The notes under the pieces: model-generated
Database searches by the model: none
Seen by the model: the letters and a program-made list of their open reading frames with translations, nothing else
Told to the model about the DNA's origin: nothing
Position numbers and translations under genes: made by a program
Source: Candidatus Woesebacteria bacterium
GTDB lineage: Bacteria > Patescibacteriota > Microgenomatia > UBA8517
DNA: 64,000 bases
Assembly: GCA_013374855.1 (NCBI GenBank)
Contig: CP055308.1
Coordinates: forward strand, 597,310-661,309
Direction of reading: 5' to 3'
Shown here: one piece after another, positions 1 through 9,261 of the stretch
Layout: each line of letters opens with the position of its first letter
How positions within the stretch are numbered: the stretch's first letter is position 1

Positions 1-114
1 TGTATATTTATAAGAAACATTTTGGAAATTGGCAAGCTTTATTTTTAAAGATTCTAATTTACCTCTTTACTTTTTTGAGAATAATTGCTTTTTGGATAGT
101 GGGTAAGAAGGGGA

Positions 115-1569
115 ATGCTAAGATTTATGCAAAGATACTTAAGAGTATTTGAAGAATTTCTTTTTTGGGGTCTTGTTTTTCTTTTGGTTTTTGTTCCTTT
201 GTATCAAAGGTTTCCTTTTGTGGAATTGAAGAATTTGCCAGTTGCTATTCGATTAGAGGATTTGTTGATTCTTTTTTATTTTTTATTTTGGTGTTTTTAC
301 TTGTTCTTTTCTAATAGATGGAAATTATTCTTAAAAAACAAACTTTTTCTTTTGGCTTTGTTTTTTCTTTTTGTTGGTTTTGTTTCTTCTTTTTCGGCTC
401 TTTTTTTGAAAGGAACTGTTTCTTTTGGACAGGTTGTCTTTCATTTTTTGCGTCGGGTAGAGCTTTTGTCTTTCCTTTTTTTTCCTTTAGCCTTGAAGTT
501 TAACAAAAGAAGATTTTCGGTTTTTGTTTTTACGTTTTTATTAGTAGTTCTTGTTTCTAATTTTTATGCTTTTGGGCAGAAATTCTTACGATTCCCTGTT
601 ATTACGGGAATTTCCAAAGGAAGGATAAGTTATCTTGGTGTGGCAGATAGGGTTAATTCTACCTTTGCGGGTCACTATGATTTGGCGGTTTTTTTAATGA
701 TGAGTATTATTTTAATTTTATCTTTTTTAATTTTTGTTTTTGGCAAGTGGTTTAAGAACAGAAAGCCGGTTTACTTAGCTTACATTTTTGCTTTAGCTTT
801 TCTTTTTTGTTTCTCACTTTACGTTTTGGTTATTACAGCAGCAAGGCTTTCTTTTGCTGCTCTTTTTGTTGGTGTTTTTGCTTTAACAATTTTTTTGAGA
901 AAGAAGTACCTTCTTTTTTTCCCTGTATTATTTGTTCTTTTGGTTTTTTTGTTTCCATCAAAACTTAGAGAAAGATTAATTTTGACTTTTGTTGTAAATA
1001 TTAAAAAGGAATGGCGTGCTTATCAACCTGTGAACGAAATTCAAGAAAAAAGAAGCCAACTTAATATACCAACTCTTCCTGTTTATCATGAAAGGGTAAA
1101 ATCTAGGGAAGGAGTTGAAGCACCGGATATTTCGCCAGGAGAACCTGAAGATCTGGGGCAATTGGCGGTGTATCGATCTCTTGAGATAAGAACAAAAAAA
1201 GAGTGGCCTCGTGCAGTAAGAGCATTCTTGCGCGATCCGCTTTTAGGAAGCGGCTACTCTTCAATAGATTTGGCGACTGATAACGATTTTCTTAGACTTA
1301 TTGGGGAGGTGGGGTTTTTGGGTTTCGTCTCATTTATGTTACTTTTGTTTTTTATCTGGAGAAAACTATTTGTTTTATGGAAGGAAGTTAAACGGTTTGA
1401 TAAATACTATGTTAGTGCCATTCTTTCTTTGTTTTTGGCTTTTGTCTTTAATGCTATATTGATTGATGTATTTGAAGCTACCAAGGTAGCTTCTTTATTT
1501 TGGCTCTTGATTGGAGTAACATTTGCATACTTTGACATTAGAAGAGAATCTAAAACGGGAAATTTATGA
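115..1569 (+). CDS. Polytopic membrane protein, O-antigen ligase/Wzy-like polymerase family with C-terminal soluble extension
   Basis: 484-aa ORF with ~10 predicted hydrophobic helices and a Wzy_C-like core (…GHYDLAVFLMM…TAARLSF…). The stop overlaps the next gene's start as ATGA. Confidence 0.5.
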   Translation: MLRFMQRYLRVFEEFLFWGLVFLLVFVPLYQRFPFVELKNLPVAIRLEDLLILFYFLFWCFYLFFSNRWKLFLKNKLFLLALFFLFVGFVSSFSALFLKGTVSFGQVVFHFLRRVELLSFLFFPLALKFNKRRFSVFVFTFLLVVLVSNFYAFGQKFLRFPVITGISKGRISYLGVADRVNSTFAGHYDLAVFLMMSIILILSFLIFVFGKWFKNRKPVYLAYIFALAFLFCFSLYVLVITAARLSFAALFVGVFALTIFLRKKYLLFFPVLFVLLVFLFPSKLRERLILTFVVNIKKEWRAYQPVNEIQEKRSQLNIPTLPVYHERVKSREGVEAPDISPGEPEDLGQLAVYRSLEIRTKKEWPRAVRAFLRDPLLGSGYSSIDLATDNDFLRLIGEVGFLGFVSFMLLLFFIWRKLFVLWKEVKRFDKYYVSAILSLFLAFVFNAILIDVFEATKVASLFWLLIGVTFAYFDIRRESKTGNL

Positions 1570-3020
1570 TAAGCATGTTTTCGGGAAAAAAATTTGGTGA
1601 GCATTTCTTTCTTTTTTTTATTTTGGTTATTGGCTTTTTGGTTCGACTTTATGGAATAAATAATCCTTTGGCTGATTGGCACTCTTGGCGTCAAGCGGAC
1701 ACCTCTTCTGTCTCAAGAATCTATTTTGAACAAGGTATTGATTTGCTTCACCCTCGCTACTATGATATATCAAGCATTCAATCTGGCATCTATAACCCTA
1801 ATGGTTTTCGATTTGTAGAATTTCCCATTTTTAACCTATTTCATGTTCTTTTGGCAAGGTTAGGTGGCCCTCTGAATTTTGAAGGGTGGGGGAGAATGGT
1901 TAGTATTGTAGCCTCTCTTTTTTCGACTGTTTTTGTTTTTATTTTGGGAAAACGTTTTATCTCCTCAATTGGGGGGTTATTGGCTGCCTTTTTCTTTGCT
2001 TTCTTGCCGTACAATGTATATTACTCGCGGGTCATTTTACCTGAACCTTTAGCAGTCAGCTTTGCTTTGTGTTTTTTGATTTTTTTTGTCAAATATCTTG
2101 ATAAGGAAAAAGTTGTTTTTCTTTATTTATCATCTTTATTTCTAGGTTTGGCTGTTTTGGTTAAGCCTCATGCTATTTTTTATATTGTCCCAGCTCTGCT
2201 TTTGTTTTTGGAAAAATATGGTTTTGATGGTTGGTTTAAAAGTTCGCTTAATTTTGTAAGATTTCTTGTTTTTTCAGCGATAATATTTTTGCCATTTTTG
2301 ATTTGGAGGATCTGGGTTAATAATTTTCCGGCAGGTGTGCCTTTTATGAAGTGGTCTTTTAATTTAGATGTTATTCGTTTCCATCCTGCGTTTTGGCGTT
2401 GGATATTTGGTGAAAGATTGGGTATTTTGATTCTTGGTGTTTATGGTTTGTTTCCTTTTCTTTTAGGTTTGTCTGAAAAAAACACAAAAGGCAATTTTAT
2501 AAGATTTTTATTTTTGGCTATGGTGGTCTATGTTTCTATATTTGCTGCTGCGAACGTGAGACATGATTATTATCAGATATTTCTTGTGCCTTCGGTTTGT
2601 CTTGCTCTTTCTTATGGGGCAATTGTATTGCTTAGGAGTGGCAATTTTGTTAGCATATTACTATTAGTTTTTAGTGTTTTAATGTCTATTTTTATGTCTT
2701 TTTATAGAATTAGAGGCTATTATCAAATTAATCACCCGGAGATTATCGAAGCGGGAAATGCGGTTGATAAAATTACGCCAAAGGATGCAAGGGTTATAGC
2801 ACCCTATAATGGAGACACAGCATTTCTTTACCAGACTAAAAGGTTTGGTTGGCCAGTAGTAGATACATCTTTTGATAAATTGATTAAAGAAAGAGGGGCT
2901 GATTTTTACGTTTCGGTAGATAAGGAAAACCAAGATTCTAAATTTATAAGAGCACATTATAAGATAGTTTTGGAAACAAATTCCTTTTTTATAGCTGATT
3001 TATCAGATAGAATTGAATGA
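1566..3020 (+). CDS. GT-C fold membrane glycosyltransferase (ArnT/PMT_2-like)
   Basis: 484-aa polytopic ORF. The first extracytoplasmic loop has a conserved acidic motif (NPLADWHSWRQADT) typical of ArnT/PMT-family GT-C enzymes. The C-terminal ~100 aa are soluble. Confidence 0.5.
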   Translation: MISMFSGKKFGEHFFLFFILVIGFLVRLYGINNPLADWHSWRQADTSSVSRIYFEQGIDLLHPRYYDISSIQSGIYNPNGFRFVEFPIFNLFHVLLARLGGPLNFEGWGRMVSIVASLFSTVFVFILGKRFISSIGGLLAAFFFAFLPYNVYYSRVILPEPLAVSFALCFLIFFVKYLDKEKVVFLYLSSLFLGLAVLVKPHAIFYIVPALLLFLEKYGFDGWFKSSLNFVRFLVFSAIIFLPFLIWRIWVNNFPAGVPFMKWSFNLDVIRFHPAFWRWIFGERLGILILGVYGLFPFLLGLSEKNTKGNFIRFLFLAMVVYVSIFAAANVRHDYYQIFLVPSVCLALSYGAIVLLRSGNFVSILLLVFSVLMSIFMSFYRIRGYYQINHPEIIEAGNAVDKITPKDARVIAPYNGDTAFLYQTKRFGWPVVDTSFDKLIKERGADFYVSVDKENQDSKFIRAHYKIVLETNSFFIADLSDRIE

Positions 3021-4219
3021 AAATATTAATGTTGACGCCATACCTTCCTTTTCCGCCATCGTCTGGTGGGCAGATACGTTCTTATAACTTGATCAAACAT
3101 TTAAGTAGAAAACATTCTATAACCTTGTTTTCTCTTATAAAAGATGATTCTGAAAAGAAGTATATAAAAGAATTGGAGAAATATTGTTGTAAAGTTCGTG
3201 TCTTTAAGTGTTCAAAGACTCCTTGGACTTTTAGAAATATAATAAGAACAGTATTTGGAACCTATCCGTTTTTAGTTGTAAGAAATCTGGTTTTAGAGGA
3301 AAGGGAGGCTGTCAAGGAAGAATTGGAAAGAGAAAAGTTTGATTTAATACAAGCTGAAACATTCTATGTGATGCCTCATATACCAGAGACAAAGGTTCCT
3401 GTTATCTTGGTAGCTCAGACGATAGAACATCTTGTGTACAAGCATTATGTTGAGGAGCAAGCTTATTTTTTCTTAAAGCCGTTTTTTTCTTTAGATGTGG
3501 CCAAGATTAAATATTGGGAGAAGAAATACTGGGAAAAGGCGAATAAAGTTGTAGCTGTTTCTGAAGCAGATAGAAATGAGATGATGAAGGTCTCTCCTCG
3601 CCTTTCAGTTGAGATTTTACCAAATGGAGTAGATTTGGACTTTTTCAAGGTCAAAAATAGTTGGGATAGTAAGGATAAAAGAATTCTCTTTGTTGCTAAT
3701 TTTAAATGGCTTCAGAATACTGAAGCAGCTGAGATTTTATTGGAGAAGGTTTTTCCTAGGATAAAGTTAGAGGTTGAGGATGTAAAACTTTGGATAGTTG
3801 GGCAGTATATTCCTGAGAAAATTAAAGCTAGACGGTCAAAAGATATTCTGATTGACAATTTGGATTATGATGATGAAGAAACAATTAGAAGAGCTTATTT
3901 TGAATCTTCGGTTTTTGTCTCACCTTTGCGAGGCCCTGGTGGAACAAGACTAAAACATTTTGCAGCGATGGCATCTTGTTTGCCTCTTGTTACCACTTCA
4001 GTTGGAGCGGAGGGTTTGGAAGCAAAAAATGGTTTTCATATTTTAGTTGAAGATGATTTTGATAAGATGGCTCAAGTGGCGGTCAGAGTTTTAAGAGAAC
4101 CTGATTATGCAGAAAGATTAGCCAAAAATGCCCGAAAGTTAGTGGAAGAAAAGTTTAGTTGGCAGATAGTTGCTGATAAGTTAGATAAGCTTTATAATGA
4201 CATGTTTTCTGTTGTTTGA
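3017..4219 (+). CDS. Glycosyltransferase family 4 (GT-B, group 1)
   Basis: The N-terminus MKILMLTPYLPFPPSSGGQIRSYNL is a classic GT4 N-terminal motif. The C-terminal EX7E-like region (…GGTRLKHFAAMASCLPLVTT…) is present. Confidence 0.75.
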   Translation: MKILMLTPYLPFPPSSGGQIRSYNLIKHLSRKHSITLFSLIKDDSEKKYIKELEKYCCKVRVFKCSKTPWTFRNIIRTVFGTYPFLVVRNLVLEEREAVKEELEREKFDLIQAETFYVMPHIPETKVPVILVAQTIEHLVYKHYVEEQAYFFLKPFFSLDVAKIKYWEKKYWEKANKVVAVSEADRNEMMKVSPRLSVEILPNGVDLDFFKVKNSWDSKDKRILFVANFKWLQNTEAAEILLEKVFPRIKLEVEDVKLWIVGQYIPEKIKARRSKDILIDNLDYDDEETIRRAYFESSVFVSPLRGPGGTRLKHFAAMASCLPLVTTSVGAEGLEAKNGFHILVEDDFDKMAQVAVRVLREPDYAERLAKNARKLVEEKFSWQIVADKLDKLYNDMFSVV

Positions 4220-4222
4220 AAG

Positions 4223-5143
4223 ATGGCTAATAAAAAAAGGAGTAAAAAAGATTATAAGTTGTCGATCATTATATTAAGTTATAATGTTAAGGGTGTATTG
4301 AAAGACTGTCTAGCCTCTTTGAAAGAATCAATTAGAGGTATTAATGCAGAAGTTTGGGTGGTTGACAATGCGTCTTCTGATGGCAGTGCCGAGATGGTTA
4401 AGATGGATTTTCCTTGGGTCAATCTTGTTGTTAGTGATAAGAATTTAGGCTTTGCCAAGGGCAATAATCTTGCTAGAAATAGAATTAGAGGAGATTATAT
4501 CTTGTTTTTAAATTCCGATGTTATAGTCAATAGAGATGCTATTCATCACTCCCTGCAGTATTTGATAGAAAACAGAGACATTGGAGCCTTAACCTGTAAA
4601 GTTGTTTTGTCTGATGGCTCTTTAGATAAGGATACTAGAAGGAGTTTTGTAACTCCTTGGATAGGAATGATTCACCTTTTTTTAAGACTGGATAGGCTTT
4701 TCCCTAAATCTAAAATTTTTGGCCGATACTGGTATGGTTACATTCCTGAAGATGTAACCCATGATGTAGACGTAATTCAGGGTGCTTTCTTTTTGACTAG
4801 GAGGTCTGTGTTGGATGAAGTTGATTGGTTTGATGAAGATTATTTTTTGGATGGTGATGATATTGATTTATGCTGGAAGATTAAAGAGAAAGGATGGCGA
4901 ATTGTCTATTATCCAAAATATTCTGTCTTGCATCTAAAAGGTGTTTCTAAAGGAAAATTTAAAGCTCATAAGGTTCCATTGAAAAGCAAAATTTACTTCA
5001 GGACAAAAGGTGTTGATGCCATGGAGATTTTTTACAGAAAGAGATTGTGGAATAAATACCCGTTTTTTATTAATTACTTGGTGATTTTTGGGATTAGACT
5101 TCTTAAATTGATTCGTATCGTCAGAACATTAATTTTTAGTTAA
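4223..5143 (+). CDS. Glycosyltransferase family 2
   Basis: LSIIILSYNVKG…VVDNASSDGS…DDID… is the GT-A DXD architecture. Confidence 0.75.
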   Translation: MANKKRSKKDYKLSIIILSYNVKGVLKDCLASLKESIRGINAEVWVVDNASSDGSAEMVKMDFPWVNLVVSDKNLGFAKGNNLARNRIRGDYILFLNSDVIVNRDAIHHSLQYLIENRDIGALTCKVVLSDGSLDKDTRRSFVTPWIGMIHLFLRLDRLFPKSKIFGRYWYGYIPEDVTHDVDVIQGAFFLTRRSVLDEVDWFDEDYFLDGDDIDLCWKIKEKGWRIVYYPKYSVLHLKGVSKGKFKAHKVPLKSKIYFRTKGVDAMEIFYRKRLWNKYPFFINYLVIFGIRLLKLIRIVRTLIFS

Positions 5144-5147
5144 AAAG

Positions 5148-6284
5148 GTGAGAGTTCTAATAGATGCAAGGTTATATGGTTTAGAAAATGCAGGATTAGG
5201 GAGATATGTTTCAGAATTGATTCGCTATCTTTCTTACAATTATCAAGAATTCAATTTTATTGTGTTTTTGAGGAAAAAATATTTTAAATCACTCCAACTA
5301 CCTAAGAATTGGAAAAAAGTCTGTGTTGATATAAGGCATTACTCTTTAATTGAACAGATTTATTTACCAATAATAATAAGTAAAGAAAAGCCTGATTTGG
5401 TACATTTTCCTCACTTTAATGTGCCAATATTTTATACAGGTAAATTTGTGGTTACTATTCACGATCTACTTATGCACAATTTTTCTATTCAATCAACTAC
5501 TCTTAATCCACTTTTTTACTTGGTAAAAAGGATTGCTTATAAGATAGTTTTTCGTAAGGCGATTTATTCTTCCTCTTTGATTATAACTCCATCTGTCTTT
5601 GTAAAGCAGGAAATTTTGAGGTTGTTTAAAGTTCCTGATTCTAAGATAGTTCCTGTGTATGAAGGTGTGAGTAAGGAGCTTTTTATTAATGATCAACTTT
5701 CCGTTGATGGGTTTTTTGAGAAATATGCGATAGGCGGAAATTACATACTCTATTGTGGCAATGCTTATCCTCATAAAAACCTAGATTTTGTTTTAAATGC
5801 CTTTTCTTCTTTTGATTTTAGAAAGAAACTTGAATTGGTGTTGGTTTTGCCCAGATCTATTTTTAGAGAAAGATTGGAAAATTTGGTTTCAAGATTTGGT
5901 TTGCAGAACAGAGTTAAGGTTTTGGATTTTGTTTCAGACAATGTTTTGGCTTATTTGATGAGAAAATCGATGGCTTATTTGTGTCCTTCTCTTTCTGAGG
6001 GCTTTGGCCTTCCGGGGCTTGAGGCTTTTTATTTGGGTACAATAGTTTTGGCAAGTGACATTCCTGTTTTTAGGGAGGTTTATAAAGATGTTCCTATTTA
6101 CTTTGATCCTCGGGATGAGAATAGTTTCAAAAAATCTTTAAAGAGAATTTTAGATATGAGTAAATTGGAAAGACTCAAGCTTATCAGGAGAGGAAGAAAG
6201 CTTGCACTTTCTTATTCTTGGGAGAAAATGGTAAGTGAAATTGCAAGTATTTATTCTAGGCTTGGAAATGATAAAAGATCCTGA
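5148..6284 (+). CDS. Glycosyltransferase family 4
   Basis: MRVLIDARLYGLENAGLGRYVSELIRYL at the N-terminus, with the conserved C-terminal E…FGLPGLEAF motif. Confidence 0.65.
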   Translation: MRVLIDARLYGLENAGLGRYVSELIRYLSYNYQEFNFIVFLRKKYFKSLQLPKNWKKVCVDIRHYSLIEQIYLPIIISKEKPDLVHFPHFNVPIFYTGKFVVTIHDLLMHNFSIQSTTLNPLFYLVKRIAYKIVFRKAIYSSSLIITPSVFVKQEILRLFKVPDSKIVPVYEGVSKELFINDQLSVDGFFEKYAIGGNYILYCGNAYPHKNLDFVLNAFSSFDFRKKLELVLVLPRSIFRERLENLVSRFGLQNRVKVLDFVSDNVLAYLMRKSMAYLCPSLSEGFGLPGLEAFYLGTIVLASDIPVFREVYKDVPIYFDPRDENSFKKSLKRILDMSKLERLKLIRRGRKLALSYSWEKMVSEIASIYSRLGNDKRS

Positions 6285-7398
6285 AAAATTAAGAGTTGCC
6301 ATAGTCTATGATAGAGCAATCAAATTAGGAGGTGCAGAGAGGGTTGTTTTAGCTTTAAATAGAATGTTTCCAAAGGCGCCTCTTTTCACTTCTGTTTATA
6401 ATCCTAGAAATGCAAAGTGGGCATCTTCTTTTGAGTCTGTCTATACCTCCTTTCTACAAAAAATTACTTTTGCTAAAAACTGGCATAAAGGCTTTGCTTG
6501 GTTAATGCCGATTGCTTTCGAGTCTTTTAATTTTGACAATTATGATCTTGTAATTTCTGTCACAAGTGAGGCAGCCAAGGGAATAATTACAAAACCAAGA
6601 ACTAGACACATTTGTTATATACTTACTCCGACTCGGTATTTGTGGAGCCATTATGATGTTTATTTTGAGAGCCGTTTTTTGAGTTTTTTTTCTAGACCTG
6701 TTGTTTCTTATCTTCGTTGTTGGGATAGAATAGCATCAAGAAGACCGGATAAAATTTTGTCGGTATCGATGAGGGTTAAGAATAGGGTGAAGAAATATTA
6801 TGGAATTGAATCAGATGTGGTTTACCCGCCGCTTAATTTTGGTAGTTTTGATTTTCTCAAAAATAAATCTTCTTTTGATTTATCAATGTTTAAGCCGAAG
6901 GATTATTATTTGGTGGTTTCAAGATTGGAGAAGTATAAGATGGTTGATTTGGTAATAGAGGCGTTTAGATTTCTAAAGCTACCTTTAATAATCGTGGGGG
7001 TGGGTAGTCAGATGAGGTATCTAAAAAGAGTTTCTTCAGGAGACCCTAATATAATTTTTGTGGGAAAGGTTGTTAGCGATTCCTCCATGGCTTATTACTA
7101 TAAGGATGCAAAAGCTCTGATAATGCCCCAAGAAGAGGATTTTGGCTTGGTTTCTTTGGAGGCACAAAGTTTTGGGATTCCGGTTATTTCTTATAGAGAA
7201 AGTGGGGCGGCAGAAACGATTGTTGAGGGTAAAACCGGACTATTATTTGATGAGCAAAATGTAAATTCATTGGTTGACGCGATTTATCGGTTTGATAAAA
7301 TGAAATTTACCAGTTCTTATTTTAAGCAAAACTTAGAACGTTTTTCTTTTGATAATTTTAGAAAAAAAATTTTAGAAGAGATTAATAGTTTGTTTTGA
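6268..7398 (+). CDS. Glycosyltransferase family 4
   Basis: KLRVAIVYDRAIKLGGAERVV…FGLVSLEAQSFGIPVI. The ORF-track start at 6235 is a GTG. The first ATG (MIKDPEKL) is at 6268. Confidence 0.65.
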   Translation: MIKDPEKLRVAIVYDRAIKLGGAERVVLALNRMFPKAPLFTSVYNPRNAKWASSFESVYTSFLQKITFAKNWHKGFAWLMPIAFESFNFDNYDLVISVTSEAAKGIITKPRTRHICYILTPTRYLWSHYDVYFESRFLSFFSRPVVSYLRCWDRIASRRPDKILSVSMRVKNRVKKYYGIESDVVYPPLNFGSFDFLKNKSSFDLSMFKPKDYYLVVSRLEKYKMVDLVIEAFRFLKLPLIIVGVGSQMRYLKRVSSGDPNIIFVGKVVSDSSMAYYYKDAKALIMPQEEDFGLVSLEAQSFGIPVISYRESGAAETIVEGKTGLLFDEQNVNSLVDAIYRFDKMKFTSSYFKQNLERFSFDNFRKKILEEINSLF

Positions 7399-7402
7399 GA
7401 AT

Positions 7403-8512
7403 ATGGGTTTTCAAGAACATCTTTATGTCTTGATTCTTGCAGGTGGCGGAGGAACTCGTCTTTGGCCTAAGTCTGTTGAGAAAAGACCTAAGCAGTTTCT
7501 AAGGTTGATTGGTGATAAAACTTTGTTCCAATCAACCGCGTATAGACTTAGGAGATTGGTCGGTTGGGATAGGATGTTTTGTGTAACGGTTTCAGAAAGT
7601 TATAAGAAGGAGATTTTAAAAGAGGTTCCGGAGTTTTTACCCGAGAACATAATAGTAGAGCCTCAAAGACGGGAAACTTGCCCTGCTCATGGGGTGGGAG
7701 CCTTGTATATTTATCAAAAAGATCCTCAAGCGGTGATTATTACCGAGGCGGCAGATAGAATTGTTAAGCCGAAGTCTCTTTATCTTAAGACTTTGAAAGC
7801 GGCAGCGCTTTATTCTTTTGAGACTAAAAAGCTAGTTACAGTGGGAATAAGACCTCGTTATCCTCATACTGGCTATGGTTACATCAAAAAAGGTGAAAAA
7901 CTTACTTTGGTTAATGGGGTTAAGTTTTTTAAACTTAAGAAATTTGTTGAAAAGCCATCTTTAAGACTTGCTGAGCGGTATTTTAATTCTGGTGATTATC
8001 TTTGGAATGCGGGTCAGTTTGTTTGGAGGGCAGAAGATATATTATTTGCAATAAAGAAGCATCAGCCTGATGTCTACTTTAATCTTGAAAAAATAAAAGA
8101 AGCACTTGGCACATCTAAAGAGAAGGAAGTACTTTCTTTCTATTATGAAAAAATGCCCAAGATTTCTATAGATTATGCTGTAGCAGAAAGAGAGAAAAAT
8201 TTTGCAGTAATTCAGGCAGATTTCTATTGGACTGACATTGGTGATTGGAAGGAAGTTTGGGAAGAGTCTAAAAAAGATGCTTTTGGAAACGTGATTATTG
8301 ATGGTGAAGAAGAAGGTGGAGAAGTCATAAATATAGATACTTCAGATGCTATCATTCATACAGATGGGAGGCTTGTTGCGGTTGTTGATGTTGACAATAT
8401 TGTAATTGTGGATACGCCAAAGGCTCTTTTGGTTTGCGCGAAAAGCAGAGCTCAAAATGTTAAGAAAATAGTTGAGGAACTGAAAAACAGAGGTAAAAAA
8501 GATATTCTTTGA
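7403..8512 (+). CDS. manC: Mannose-1-phosphate guanylyltransferase (NDP-sugar pyrophosphorylase)
   Basis: LILAGGGGTRLWPKS nucleotidyltransferase signature. Length and C-terminal region match GDP-mannose pyrophosphorylase type. Confidence 0.7.
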   Translation: MGFQEHLYVLILAGGGGTRLWPKSVEKRPKQFLRLIGDKTLFQSTAYRLRRLVGWDRMFCVTVSESYKKEILKEVPEFLPENIIVEPQRRETCPAHGVGALYIYQKDPQAVIITEAADRIVKPKSLYLKTLKAAALYSFETKKLVTVGIRPRYPHTGYGYIKKGEKLTLVNGVKFFKLKKFVEKPSLRLAERYFNSGDYLWNAGQFVWRAEDILFAIKKHQPDVYFNLEKIKEALGTSKEKEVLSFYYEKMPKISIDYAVAEREKNFAVIQADFYWTDIGDWKEVWEESKKDAFGNVIIDGEEEGGEVINIDTSDAIIHTDGRLVAVVDVDNIVIVDTPKALLVCAKSRAQNVKKIVEELKNRGKKDIL

Positions 8513-8549
8513 TTTTTTTATTTAAAACTGGTATAAGTTTATCTGCCCT

Positions 8550-9218
8550 ATGGAACTTTTAGACAGCAGGCAGAGAGATAGGATCTGGGAGGTTTCAAAA
8601 AGGATTATTGATATTTTTCTTGCTATTTTGCTTATAATTATTTTTTCTCCTGTTATGATTTTGACAGCTCTTGCTATTAAATTAACATCTCCCGGACCGA
8701 TTTTAGCTGATATACCAAAAAGAGTTGGGCGTAAGGGCAAGCTTTTTAGGATTTATAAGTTTCGTTCGATGTTTGTTAATGCGCACAATCTTATGAGAAC
8801 AGATCCGAAGTATAAAAAGCTTTATGAAGAATATAAAAAGTCAGGATATAAATTACACAATGATCCCCGTGTTACAAAAATAGGTAGGTTTATTAGAAGA
8901 TACTCTATTGATGAGATGCCACAATTCTTTAATGTTTTAAAAGGTGAGATGAGCATCGTGGGTCCCAGAGCCTATTATCCTGACGAGCTTGAGGAACAAC
9001 AAAAGAGATATCCCCATACTAAGGAACTAGTCAGGGAGATGATGACGGTAAAGCCGGGGATTACTGGTTATTGGCAAGTTTCTGGCAGAAGTGATGTGGA
9101 TTTTGAAAGAAGAATTGAGATGGATGCGTATTATGCCAGAAAAAAATCCTTGTGGCTTGATTTTTTGATTATTCTTAGAACTCCTTTTGTAATGCTGTCT
9201 GGGAAAGGTGCGGTCTGA
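8550..9218 (+). CDS. Polyprenyl-phosphate sugar phosphotransferase (bacterial sugar transferase, small monotopic PGT)
   Basis: One N-terminal TM, then KFRSM…DELPQ-like…PGITGYWQVSGRSD, the hallmark of the WbaP/PglC sugar-transferase family. Confidence 0.75.
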   Translation: MELLDSRQRDRIWEVSKRIIDIFLAILLIIIFSPVMILTALAIKLTSPGPILADIPKRVGRKGKLFRIYKFRSMFVNAHNLMRTDPKYKKLYEEYKKSGYKLHNDPRVTKIGRFIRRYSIDEMPQFFNVLKGEMSIVGPRAYYPDELEEQQKRYPHTKELVREMMTVKPGITGYWQVSGRSDVDFERRIEMDAYYARKKSLWLDFLIILRTPFVMLSGKGAV

Positions 9219-9261
9219 AGCTTTTCTTGATTATTTTTTCTTTAGTGGCTAAACTGAATTT

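Noticed and set aside
1566-1569. Possible UGA recoding (as in some CPR lineages using code 25).
   Set aside because: TGA acts as a genuine stop at many ATGA gene junctions, and long ORFs are uninterrupted under code 11. Standard code.
6235-6267. ORF-track N-terminal extensions starting at GTG/TTG (6235, 11804, 27058 aside, 28135, 28615, 45745).
   Set aside because: Conserved N-termini and better ATG plus RBS contexts lie downstream. Starts were adjusted, except for the SEDS gene at 27058, which has no ATG alternative.
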